A stretch of DNA of 58,831 nucleotides, counting the filler, from Dugesia japonica (taxonomy: Eukaryota): the NCBI GenBank assembly GCA_001938525.1. It is 5 parts of 5 records of this genome, joined end to end, with 100 filler letters (N's around TTAATTAATTAA, not from the genome) between each part and the next. Parts side by side here need not be neighbours in the genome. Positions count along the whole stretch, not along the records: positions 35,289 to 49,136 come from MQRL01429821.1; positions 49,237 to 58,831 come from MQRL01515693.1; 3 more parts are not named here. One strand, 5' to 3'. Both the position numbers and the translations under genes were made by a program. Position 1 is the stretch's first letter; every line of letters begins with the position of its first letter. The notes below the pieces were generated by a model. It did no database searches. It was not told where the DNA came from and saw only the letters and a list, made by a program, of their open reading frames with translations. Shown piece by piece: positions 39,936-52,625 of this stretch.

Positions 39936-41327
39936 GTTTTATATTTCATTTGAGAAACACGATTTCGACATTGATCAATACTTAATGCCACCATAGATTT
40001 TAGATTTTTTAAATATTTATAATTCTTTGTAAACAAACTTTCAGACATTTTCTCCTAGAAAACATTAATAAATAAAATATTAATAAATTATAACACTTGT
40101 AAATAATTAAGAAAACATTGAAAGGATTTGTTACGTTCATCCCATTTAGATTCAGAATTTGCTAAAATTAATTTAAATTGTTAAACAAAATCAAAGAAGA
40201 ACAAAGATTCACGCGCAATAAAGCCTGTAAGAATTCTTATTCGTTCAGATGCTGATAAAAAAAATATGGACGAATCAGCCTCAGCATCAGTAAGTTGCAG
40301 CATATTACAAAGAATATTTTTAGCATTGGTATTACATTGCTCTTGTAATGAAATATNNNNNNNNNNNNNNNNNNNNNNNNNNNNNNNNNNNNAAACAATA
40401 ATTACATTTAATTTTGTATATCTAGTTCTGAAATCTTTGAAAAATTGTTCATCCTATCAACATATAAATTAGTTATGATAAATTTTATGTTACCAATGTA
40501 GTTATGCCGCTTTGTGCATTGACAACTAGTACAACTACATCAGCATCTTTGAAATATTCCTCCATTGAATTTTCATTTATAAATGTAGAATTAATTCCTG
40601 GAGCATCAATTATAACAATGTTATCTTTTAATAGTTCACATGTGTTTTTATCATAATACATGGTTATTAGAGAACCATTTTTCAAATGATTTGTTGATTT
40701 AATATTATTTAATTCTTTCAATTCTTCAATGCTCCTTGTCTAAAAATAAAATACATTTATAATTAATTACTGATTTATATTTACGATAAAAAATTAAACT
40801 TTAATTAATTTTGTTTTAATTTGATAACATTTAATTAAAATTATTTTATTTGAACTTTTATTCTTTAAAAAGATCGAAAATAAGAATGAATGATAAGAAA
40901 TATTTATAATAAATAAACCTAACCACAAAATCACTGGTTAATAATTATAGATTAATAATTATAGTTTTATACAAGTAATTATTAAAATATTTAAAAATAA
41001 ATTCACTTCTTTAGATCATTTTTTAGATAATTTGAATTATGTTCGTGAAAATTGTAAATTTAATAATGAATTATAATTAATGAAATATTGTTAAGTATAA
41101 TAAAGCAATTTAATTAATAAATAATTAAATTGTCTAAAATTTATCATTTCTATTGATAATAATCAATCAAATATTACAAACAAACCTCATTGTTTACAAC
41201 AAGATAATTTTCATTGGTCGGACTAGCTGTAATTTCAACAAAACAATTTGATGTTGATCCGAAATCTGTTGCTAAAATTTCTTTAGCTATTAGAGCATTT
41301 ATCAATGTTGATTTTCCAGAGGATACA
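39936..41327 (-). CDS. MFN: Mitofusin/Fzo-like dynamin GTPase exons (partial, possibly pseudogene)
   Basis: In-frame GT-AG exons 41186-41327 (VSSGKSTLINALIAKEILATDFGSTSNCF), 40494-40739 (CELLKDNIVIIDAPG..DADVVVLVVNA), and from 40453 (DEQFFK..), then IFFLSASE. These are colinear with the mitofusin GTPase domain. Confidence 0.82.
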
Positions 41328-43699
41328 CTGAATATAGAATTGTTATAAATAAATCAATTATTGGAAAATAAAACTTCATAAATGTTTACAAATATCCAAG
41401 GATTAAGTTTCTTTTTTAAAAATTGTATACCATGTTTATTTGTTATTATTCTTTTAGTCTTTATAATTAGTGGACATGTAAATATAGTATGTACAAGTTT
41501 CTTTAAAAATTATTGAACAATTCTAATTTAATAAAAACTAATATAGGATAGAATTTAATATAATTTCCAAATTAAATGAAAGTAAGTCTAAATTTAATAA
41601 ACAGTTTTATACATAAAAACAGTTGTTATACATAAGAAAATAAGTCAATTTTTACAAATAATAGAAAAAAATTTAATTTAATATTATATTTTAATTAAAG
41701 TTTACAATTATTATTATTAGTGTTATTAGGTAAAAAGTGGCGCGCTGAATCCCTTGATCTTCCTCCTCTCGAGGATGAAGTGATCTAGAAATTTTTTTTG
41801 GTCGACACGCATACGCGTGTATGTATGTAGAATATCAATCGAGCGATGAGACATTTATTGTCTGTTGCTGTAAGTATTTGGTTGGTTATTTATCTTAAAT
41901 TTATCTCAAACTGTTGTAATGGAAGAATTTAGTAATTTACAATTTTTAATAAAGAGATAAAATAATTTAAAACAATATAAAGTTATATATTTTCGATATT
42001 TAAAATAAAATATTATACTTAAAAATTAGTAAAAGATATATTCAAATTAATACAGTCTTGTAAATAAGCATATTTGCATCTCTCGGATCAATTCCAAAAA
42101 AAAACCAATAAAATTCTGATAAACATTGGTATAAGAAGAGACAGAGTAAATAAACTAATAAAAAATATGCCCTTTTCAACATATTAGACTGGACTAAAAT
42201 TTGGTATTTTTACAAAAATGATGCTCTACCTTGTTGTCAATAATGTAAAATATTAAATTTAATGAAGAATAAAAGTGTAGAAAGAAATTTGTTAGGGTGA
42301 AACACCCCAGTAAAGAGAGAAAAAGAAAAACAGACTAAAAGCAATAAGAAGAAAAAAGGAGGAAAAATACAATGAGGCCCTCAACAAATAGGCGATCAAC
42401 AAATTAATAATAAATTTAATTTGAAATGGAAAGAAAATGATTACAAATAATTAATTAAGAATATTGAAGAAGAAATTAGAAGAAATATGGAAAATAAGAA
42501 GAAAATAAATGATATCATTTAAATCAATATTTTGACTGTAACTTATACATTATTATATGGTTCCGTTATTGAAAATATAAGTTTCAACATTAGAAAATAA
42601 TGGTTCATCGTTGAAAGTACTAGCTTTATCATAGAAAAGTAATGGAATTATTAAAAATAAAAGTTTATCATAGAAAATACTTAATAGAACAAATATATTC
42701 ACTAATTATATTACATTTATTTTATACATGGTCATTGAATTTGTTTAATTAATTTGTTTAATTTAATTTTTTTAATTTGTAGTTTTATTCTTTTCTTATC
42801 TATTTTATACCATGTTGCTATGTTTTTAGTCATTTTTCATCATTTACCCTCATTTTCCTTATTTCCCACTATTTAGCCGTATTTAGCTATAATCATCTTA
42901 TTTAGCTATATTTTCTCTATTTTTTCCATCATTTTACGTTATTTACCCTTTTTAGCTACATTTATCTATATTTTAGTATAATTTCTACTGGGTCTTAATA
43001 TTTAATGAGTAATATTTAAAGATAAAATGATACATTAATACTGAATGATGGTGAGTAAGAGCTGATATGGCATGCTTCTTATTTAAAATAATATAATCAT
43101 TTCAGTCTATTTTAATCAATTGATTATTCTTCTGCTTCTTTGCTTGCTCATTAGCAATCCTGTTTGCTCTTTAGTTTCTTCGGCTTTATTTTCTTTTAAC
43201 TAGCTAATTATCAGTTACATTGTTAGTAAATAAGAGTTCAACATAGAAAATACTTGATGCATCATTAGTTATACTTGATTCGTCATTAAAAATTTTGATC
43301 TCAACATTAAAAATATAGGTTTAGTTCAAAATACTTGTTAAAAGGCAAATATGGGTTTTAACAAGAACATAATGGTTTCAATATAAAAATAATGGTCTTA
43401 TCATTGAATAATACCACTAAACTAGATATATGCAATAAACCAATTGTTGTAAGTAGGCTCCATTACATTAGCATTTATTAATATTTTCAACACTTAAACC
43501 AATATATTGACAAACAAGTAATACCTATTTTTATTATTATTATTTATTTATTCACCCATTCTACTTAAATTTTGTATTCACTTATCTTAACCAATTCTTA
43601 CAAGTAAATCAATACAACCATGTCATCTATAAATCCCTAAGTAAAAGTCACTATTTTTATTAAAAAAAAACACTAAGTAGATGTTTACTATGGTTAACA

Positions 43700-46600
43700 T
43701 TATTCTATAGTCTACCATCATAATCTATTTGATCTTACAACCAATGATACAGTAAATCCATTTATTTATTAAGACAACAATTTTGTCAAGACAGAGACAC
43801 AAAGTTAATCCATTAATCAAAGACACAGCAAAGCTAATGGATAGTGTAAACATATGTGATACAGCAAAAACCAATGTGTTACAAAAGAAAAACAATGTGA
43901 TACAGTAAACCAATGAACACTACACATTACATGATAGTTAGTATTCTATCACAGTACCTGAATGAATCAATTTGTTAAAGTAAATTATTTGACTTATTAC
44001 TAATTTATTAGTATAACATCCAAATTGTTACTATATATGCCCAATTTGTAGACACCTATGTATGAATTGTAACTACTTATGTATAAAGTGTAGCATGATA
44101 TATGCAAATTATAATCACCTATTGATTTTATAGAGATCATCAAAAGAAAAATATTAAAGTTAATTGTTGGGAAACATCACATAGAAACATCAAACAAATA
44201 ACTCATGCATATAAACAAACCCATACAAATTAGTGGCAATCCAGCAACTCCGGCTGCTCAGATGAGAAAACTGATGAACCTAACAATTCAGAACAACCTG
44301 ATCAATCCAAATGTATATTATTTGACTTCTCGTATCAATCAAAGCAATCTGACTTTTTATTATTCTATTTGACTTTTCGTATCAATCTGACTTTTATTAT
44401 TATTCATTTATTTTTGTACAAATCTTAATTTTATTTTTATGTACAAATCTTATTGTGGCAATATTATGTAATAATTACAACTTTACAATTTTTATGATAA
44501 TTTTACTTTATGTAACAATTCTATTTCAATAATTTCATTATTTCAACATAACTATTACTATATATCCTGTTTATTTTATTAGTATTATCAATTTTGTGGA
44601 AATACAAATTATTGATTAATAAATAAATATTATTACTTTAGTTAAATTATTACTTTTTTTAATAAGCTTTATTTGGTATACAATAGACCAAAACTAAATA
44701 AGCAACAAAAGTTTAGGTTTGTATAGATGTAAGAATTTTATTGGGTAATGGAAGTATAACATAAATGTTATCTGATTGGTTGAATCTTTATATAAAAATA
44801 TTGTTAATTTGAATATATTTTTACTATCATTTATTTTGGCTAATAAGACGTATAATGCAGAACGGTGCACAATTATTTCAAAGGTATTTTCTTTATTTTT
44901 CATTTATTTTCAAATAGTTTTACTTTTTATTAAATTAAGCATGAACAATGAATAAGCAGGGGAAGAATTCGTAAGGGAAATAATGACACAATCTTTAGGG
45001 AAATTATAATAAATAGGTTTTTAATTGTATTAATTTAGAAATTTAAAAATACATCTGATAATATAGAAAGAATAAACGAATGTCACAGTAGCGAAGGAAA
45101 AGAAGGAATTTAAAAAAATATTTGAAAATTTGGATGAAATTAGTGACAATTCTCCAACTCGTTTTAAAATACGCCGATTATCAAACGTAGCAAGTCAAAA
45201 GCGACTTGAAGAGAATGAACATTATATGTTGAAAAATGGACCGGTAACTCAAGAATTTAATGATGAAATAAATCAAAGATATAGAAATTTTTGATTTCAG
45301 TTATCAACAAATCATTTTATCTGTGATTACAAAGATATTATGAAAATATTTCATCAAAAAACTAAATTTTTTATTGGACAAGAAGAATTATGTCCTAATG
45401 GAAACAACGTAATGNAATGTTTTATTACGTTTCTAAACAATATAACCTGTCAATCTGTAAAGAGATTATTAAAAGTGACATCTGTAAAAATTATATATAT
45501 TTTTATTTAAATTGTAAAGAGTACTAAAATTATTATTAATAGGTATTAAATATAGTGATGTTACCGTAGAAATGAAGAGATGTAACAATGTAAATAAAGC
45601 AGTTACTAGTGGTATTAAGATAAAATACGGTTATCGCAAAAATTTGGAGGATGAAGCATTCTGGATTAGATTTTTGGAAAGTGGCACAATTGAAGAAGGT
45701 CAGGAGATGGTCGAATAGGAACGTCCACTTGAATATATCAGAATGCAATCTAAATTGCACTCCATTCTGAACATGAAAATTGGAAACCCTAAAATACCTC
45801 AATTCAACAAAAATTGGAAGATATATCTTTTCAATTGACAAGATCAGCGCACCAAAGTGTTCATAGGAGGCACAGGTAATAATTAATTACTAAATAATTA
45901 TTGTAAAATAATAATGATTTATTTTGGCTAAACAAATTTCGCTCTAAGTCATTTTGAAAATCCGATTCATGTTACGATTCGGCAAGATTTCAAAAAGATG
46001 GGCACAAATAGATATCAAAATGGTGGATGTGTTATTGATTATTTAATACTACACATGTAGGCACGCGAATAAATAATAAATTTAACAGATACCTCTTGTG
46101 CAACTTCAATAAATATGAAGTATGGTACAGGTACTATTCCAGCAAATACTAGAAATATATTTTGTTGCAATACAATTGAAGATTTTATTAATGAAAAATG
46201 GAACAAAGGAAGAGAACGTGCAATACGTCGACGATGTCACTTTTATTTATTCGGTTCTGGACCACTTTTTAAAGACGAACAATTAAGAGAAGCAACGATG
46301 AAACCTATAGTATCTAAATTTAATGATAAAATGGATGAATATTTACCACAAGACTTTGAATGAAGCTATATATGAGAACGTATAATGTCCCTCTTTAGGA
46401 CCACAAATAATGATTGATAGTTGTATTGAATTATTATTATTGTACTAATTTAATATATTTATTTTTAGTCTGCAAATGTTATCTAGCCAAAATGTGATCA
46501 ACAAAAAGATGTGATTTATCAATAAATTTTGTAAATTAAAATTGTGTTTATTTTGTTATATGTCACGTTTTGTTATTTTATAATGGAAATAGTATTTAAG

Positions 46601-48466
46601 CTTTCAAATTTGACTTAAGTTTGTATTTTTGTTTAAATTTAAGCTTTTCTAATAATTATTGAAAAATTTTCTACTTATTTATAATGTTTATCAATAGTTT
46701 TCAATTATATCAATAAAATAGGAAATGAATTTCGATTATAAGTAAAAATTACTTTAAAATTTTATTATACAAGTAATAATATTTCAATGTAAATTGTACT
46801 ATTTTAAATTTGAAATGTCAGTGTTTACTGTTGTCAATAATAATATTTTAATAATTATTAGTTTTTTTAATTTTTATCAATTTAAAATAATCATGATTTT
46901 TGTTTACAGTGTAAAGACTACTGTTTTATAATATAAAGCCTACTATTTTNAATTTTATATAGTCAATTATATTAAAATAATATATAAAGTCTATAATTTA
47001 ATGTGTTAATTGGGTTTTGAAAACTCATCGAATCATTAAAAATCAGAATTCAAATTCATTACAACGATTTATTAATATAAAAAACTATAACAACACTAAT
47101 TGAGCTTTTAAACAAATTAAATTCCTGTTTTAAATTGGTTATCGTTTCTTAAGATTTTTTTAAAATTTATTTAAAGTTATTTGATTTTATATAAAGATTT
47201 TTAAAATAAATTTTCTTTTTAATTTCAAAATTTAAAACAATTACTTATTCGTTATTTAATTTTTCATTTCAATTTAAATCTTTTTCAAAAAATATTTTAA
47301 GAAAAACGATCACCAACCACACAAAAATTTCAATTCGCTCAAAACATACTCACATACTGTAAAATTATAATGTTAATTGTATTAATTTAGATTTCGCTGT
47401 ATCAACAGTAAAAATTTGAAATTTTAACGATTTTTCTTTTTTAAAGAATCTTTAAGAATTAATATAAAAAAATTCAAAATACATTAAAAAAGCTACTCAT
47501 AAAATGTACTGTAGAAATAATGAGTTCAAGTTAAGAATGAAATTAAAAAATTTAATAAATTATATAATTATACTTAAACAATGAAAATCATTTCTAAAGT
47601 TTCTATTGACATTTTTACAAAAGGAAGCATTTTTCATTATAAGTACTTTAAGTAATGTATAGATAGTTTTCATTCTGGTTTTATTAGTGTAAAAATAATA
47701 TGATGAAATTACGATTAAAAATATAATGAATGATATATTGTTTCGAGAACCACGCATTTTCTTCAGTAAACCATATGTGAAATATGTTCAGATTTTAATT
47801 CTTAGTTGAATTGTTTAAAAATATTTTAAAAATTATTATTTTAATTATAATTTATAATTAATTTTATAATTATATTATTTCTTGAACTAAGCATTTTTAT
47901 ACTTCAAACCCTGCATGAAATGAGTTCAGTATTTTATTCTGAGTTCAAAGATACTAAATTTGTTTGTTTATCTAAATTATTTACGGATTAAATAATTTAT
48001 TATATTCAAGGTGGGGCCATTTTCTATCTTTTGAACCAAGCATATTTATACAACAAACCCTATACAACAAATGTTCAGAATTTTATTCTAAATCAAATCC
48101 TATCATTTTCAGAGCTATACAATAAGTTTTAACTGAGAAATTTGAAAAACCAGTCAAATTGTTTTTCCTGTTTTGCACTACTTTTGCCCAGAGAACCAAA
48201 AATATGCAAAAAAGGATCACATTTCAATTCTAAGACGGTCAATACAAAATTCGAATTAATATGATAAAATTTGACCGAAAAATTTAAAAACAAATTTTCG
48301 ATATTCGGCCTTCCCAAGCAAATTTTCGACCGATCCAACCCGATTTCTAAAACATTTTTCATGTATTCGTAACGTTCAATCAAAATTCTACTTTTCAAAA
48401 ACACCAAATCAGTCAAATTGTCAAAAACAGTCAGCGACGGGGGCTACTGTTCCCGTGCTACACTAT
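43700..48466 (+). mobile_element. Rep-encoding repeat element (candidate rolling-circle transposon or endogenous CRESS virus); left boundary uncertain
   Basis: Minisatellite, decayed Rep gene, ~140-bp-spaced subterminal repeats (47765, 47905, 48055) and a terminal hairpin at 48433-48459 followed by acactat. A homologous copy lies at 16123-17459. Confidence 0.6.
44941..46363 (+). pseudogene. CRESS-type Rep (HUH endonuclease + SF3 helicase), decayed, apparently intron-containing
   Basis: RYRNF*FQL (motif I), FIGQEELCPNGNNVMxCFITF (motif II region), Walker A VFIGGTG..G*TNFALSHFENP, Walker B-like GCVIDY, INMKYGTGTIPANTRNIFCCN (motif C) and AIRRR (Arg finger). Confidence 0.8.
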
Positions 48467-49289
48467 CTATCTATCTACTAATCATTGAGTCTCCTAAAAC
48501 CATTGAGTATCGAAAACGCAATAGAATACTCAGAAAACCATTTAATAATCTACACCTTATAGTCAAAAAATAAAAACATACAACAGTATTTTGATTTTAT
48601 TAACAATCAAATTGATTACTCGGTATTTAGATAAAAGAAGGTAGATGAGTAGAAGGAAGAGGAGCAAGCGGTGGGGTCGACAGATGATTATGAACGATGT
48701 ATATTTTCTGGTAAGGGATACATGGCAACTCTAATGATAAACTAGTACTTTATTGTTTTAAATTTTGAAACTCATTTTCTCTAACGAGGCTATACAATAT
48801 GTATAAGTTATAGTCAAAAAAATTGACTTTACTGACTGATAGTTAGGTATTTAAAAGAAAATAAACCCATACACAAACAAAGTGCACGCAAGGAACCGAG
48901 GAGCAAGAAGGGATGCAAACATATGATGATAAATGATATACTGTGTTAGTTAAAGATTAGGAATTTTAGGAATTATTTCTTGGCTTATTTTATGAAAAAT
49001 TATATGGTAACACTTTTTTCTGAGGTCGTCTCGTTTCAAAGATATACACATTTAAAGATTTGAAAAACACAAACAATTTCAATACGCATAATATAGAATT
49101 GCATGCAAAGAAAAAATCAAAAAAGATCATTTGAAANNNNNNNNNNNNNNNNNNNNNNNNNNNNNNNNNNNNNNNNNNNNTTAATTAATTAANNNNNNNN
49201 NNNNNNNNNNNNNNNNNNNNNNNNNNNNNNNNNNNNTGTATTTATTTCTCTTTTATATTTAATAGTAATATTCGATTGACTATTATTCT

Positions 49290-49552
49290 TTTCATTAAAA
49301 TAAGATAAGAATTCGATCAAAACAAAATTTATTTGTAAAAAAGTTCAAATTTTCGACAATTTTGTTTGTCGAAAATTTGAACTTTTTTACAAATAAATTT
49401 TGTTTTGATCGAAGCCTTATCTTATTTTAATGAAATCTNNNNNNNNNNNNNNNNNNNNNNNNNNNNNNNNNNNNNNNNNNNNNNNNNNTAATGAAATCTC
49501 AAATCCGATCAATGGTTAAGTCCAACAATTATTCTCACAATAATTGTAATTA
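49290..49552. repeat. Near-perfect hairpin formed by two family-1 arms joined at hammerhead helix II
   Basis: ttcattaaaataagataag..aagttcaaattttcgacaa|ttttgt|ttgtcgaaaatttgaactt..cttatcttattttaatgaa, then the family terminus after the gap. Confidence 0.85.
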
Positions 49553-49596
49553 TAATATTATTCTTTTGATTATTATTCATTTGTAAAGCATTTAAT

Positions 49597-49640
<44 letters not shown>

Positions 49641-49879
49641 CATTACATTCTTAATTACCTCTTCTATTGATTTTACTTTACTTCTTGTAAATTCTATATA
49701 TTTAATAAGCCTATCTTTATCTTCGGAATAATATGTTGTCTTTAATAATACTAAAGCTAGTTTCAAGTAAATAATATACATATGTTATAATGTGCTTTTA
49801 ATTGTATAACCATTATTACATTGGCAGTTATAAATATATAAATAGTAGAAGTCAAAACACCAACACACAATCAGTAGCC

Positions 49880-52218
49880 TCCACNNTCCTTATTTTTCTG
49901 TGACAATACTGCTCTACTTTTATCAAAACTGGCATCTGTTTCTAATATAAATTCTTTGTTTATTACTGAAAAACACAACATTGATGCAGCCGTTAGAGAT
50001 TTGATTCAATACACAACTACTCTGAGATCCTTAATTTACTTGCGTAGTTTTCTATATACTTTCTGTAATATTACTTTATGTAATATTAATTTCTGTAATA
50101 ATACTATTCTGTAATAATATTCCTAAGAAACCTCTCTGGATTAATTCTTAGACCAGCCTTCNTTTTTTCCGTCAATACTCTTTCAATTACTTCATAGTGT
50201 TGGTCTTTATTGTTCGTAAAAATCAGAATATCATCAAGGATGGTCAATTGATTCCGCCTACCACTTTTGCCATCATCTCTTAAAATGTCCCTGGTGCCAC
50301 TGCGATGCCAAATCGCATTCTATTTAAACAATATTGTATGTGCTTCTTTGAAAACGCCGTTTTCTTGATATTCTACTTCGAGCTCTACTTAATAGTACGC
50401 ATTTCCCAAATTTATTGAACTAAAATATTTGGCTCAATCTAACTTTTCCAGCTTGTCTTTTCGTTACTGCATTCAATTGTCTAAAATCCAAGCATATTCT
50501 TATGTCTTTCTTTTCCTTTTTCCAAACACAAATCAGTGGGGTATTCCATAGAAAGCTGCATTTCTGGATTATTATTCTCTAAGTGGTTTTGGATAGCTTC
50601 TTCATTTTTAGATTCTAAGTTCATTGGTTGTCTATACGGTTTTACATTGATTGGTTCACCACTTATGATTATTTTGTGTTTTGTCAGATTTGTGCGTCCT
50701 TCATCTTATTTATCTGCCATAAAAGCATCTTCTTTACTTTCAATTATTTTCAATAACCATTGATCCTCTTTAATCTTTAAAATATTTAAAGTTCTTGTCA
50801 ATCGCTCTCCTTTTTTAATTTGTCTTCCAAATTTTGCTTCAATATTATAAATGTAATTTTNNNNNNNNNNNNNNNTTTTGTTATTGATCTTTTGCATAAG
50901 CTGGTATCAAAAAATCTTCTGCATATCTATTCTTTCTATCAGATCTGGTGTTACTCTTTCAATAACTAAGAAAGTAATATATTTGCGAACTTCATCAATT
51001 ATCACTCTAATTCTAACTTTTCCAACAATTTCAAGTGTACTATTATTTGCACAACGCAATCTTTCATCACTAATTTCTAAATAAACTTCTTGCAATTTAT
51101 TAAAACAACTTAAACTCATAAAGTTGATTCTAGCCTTTGTATCTAATAGATATTCAACTTTATTTCCTTGAATTGATACCATAACCCTTTTAAGAACCTG
51201 TATACTTTTTCTGTAACTTTTCCGATATCATCCCACGTTTCGACCCCTTGAGGATAATTACTCACTTCATTTAACAATGGATGGCTCTAATCAACTCCTT
51301 TAATGGTGGACCCAAGCCTTTTTAGTAGAATTACTTTCATACAATTCTATATATCCATAGTTTGTATTGACATATTATCTTCAATTGTATATACTCAATT
51401 ATATTGGTTTCTTGATTGGTTTCTGCAGTCATAAATCTCTCACATGTTTTTTTCATTTTTAAATTTGTGTAGCTCTCTTCTACCCTATGTCCACCATTAC
51501 CACATCGTTTACACTTCACCTCTTGACATTACCTTTTAATATGGCCAACCTTTCCATAGCTAAAAGATTTTGATGGATTTATGTTTGGACAATCTCAGCT
51601 TATATGTCCAGTTTTATAACATGTCCAACACTCTAGCACTTTTTGGTTTAACAATTTGCTTTAGTATGACAAATTTTATGACATAACCAACATTTGATAT
51701 TTTGTTTTACCTTTCTTTATTCTACATGTCTATTCACGGTATGATTTACAGGTTTCTGATAATTTGGATCTGTAACTCTCGCGTACCTTCTAACTTGTAC
51801 CTAACACACAAATGTCATTGCTTCTTTAATTTCTTTTATATTTTTTTGTTTCTACAAAGTCACTACTTTTTCAAACTTTTTTTATCTGAAAAAAACTAGC
51901 ATCTTTGCTACCATTTTTCCTCAGTAAAATCTTTTTTTGTAAATAATCTTTTCACTAAATATTTTACATTTTTAAAATAAACTTAATTCTCCGCATTTCC
52001 ACGCCTGCAGTTAATCAAATTTTAAAAGTCTTTGATAATATCTTTCTCTATTTCAAATGCCAACAAATTTTAATCTAACAAACAAGAGACGCGAGTGATG
52101 TTTTAGGCTTCAAAGAGCAATTCAACCCACTCGATGAATTTTTCAATATCATCTCCTCTGCAGAATATTTTCGGCAATAACCTTTCTGTAATAGAATCGG
52201 TATTTACTGCTGCCACCA
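49880..52218 (-). mobile_element. Third decayed Ty3/Gypsy element (gag with ~4 CCHC knuckles, PR, partial RT/RH)
   Basis: ..taaCA|TGGTGGCAGCAG PBS at 52218, knuckles such as CKRCGNGGH, YLLDTKARINF protease, RMRFGIAVAPGTF and FILETDASF. Confidence 0.85.
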
Positions 52219-52625
52219 TGTTAGGTAAATCTTCAATTGGTAATTCATTTTCCAAATCAGAACTAATATTTTGAGACATCTTTTATTTTACTACTACAAC
52301 TCTACTATTTGAAAATAATTATAATTGAAAAGAACTGATTGAAACTTTTACCGAATTAACTCACTTTCTATTGATTAAAAATATTAAATAATAATTATTT
52401 CCTTATAATTATAATTGTAAAACATGTAATTCTGCTTATCAACGATATACATATTAAAATTGAAAATTCAATTATTTGGTATTTTATAAATTTTCCAATT
52501 TTAATTTGTAAAAAATCTCACAATATTTACATTTTTTCAAAAAAAAAACAAATAAAAAGAAAATTGTTTTATTAAAATAAATATAATTGGGTGGAGTCTA
52601 ATTAAACTTGATGGTTTTATATTTT

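Noticed and set aside
42000-43450. K/E-rich pseudo-coding patches and short repeats upstream of the Rep element
   Set aside because: No recognisable motifs, and they could not be tied to the element or to a capsid gene from sequence alone.
47730-47772. Minus-strand CTGAAGA...GAAA..TC
   Set aside because: No convincing helix I or II, and it overlaps a subterminal repeat. Likely chance.
48461-48465. CACTA pentamer as an EnSpm/CACTA terminus
   Set aside because: Orientation is wrong for the right end of the upstream element (which would need TAGTG), and no matching TIR or transposase was found.
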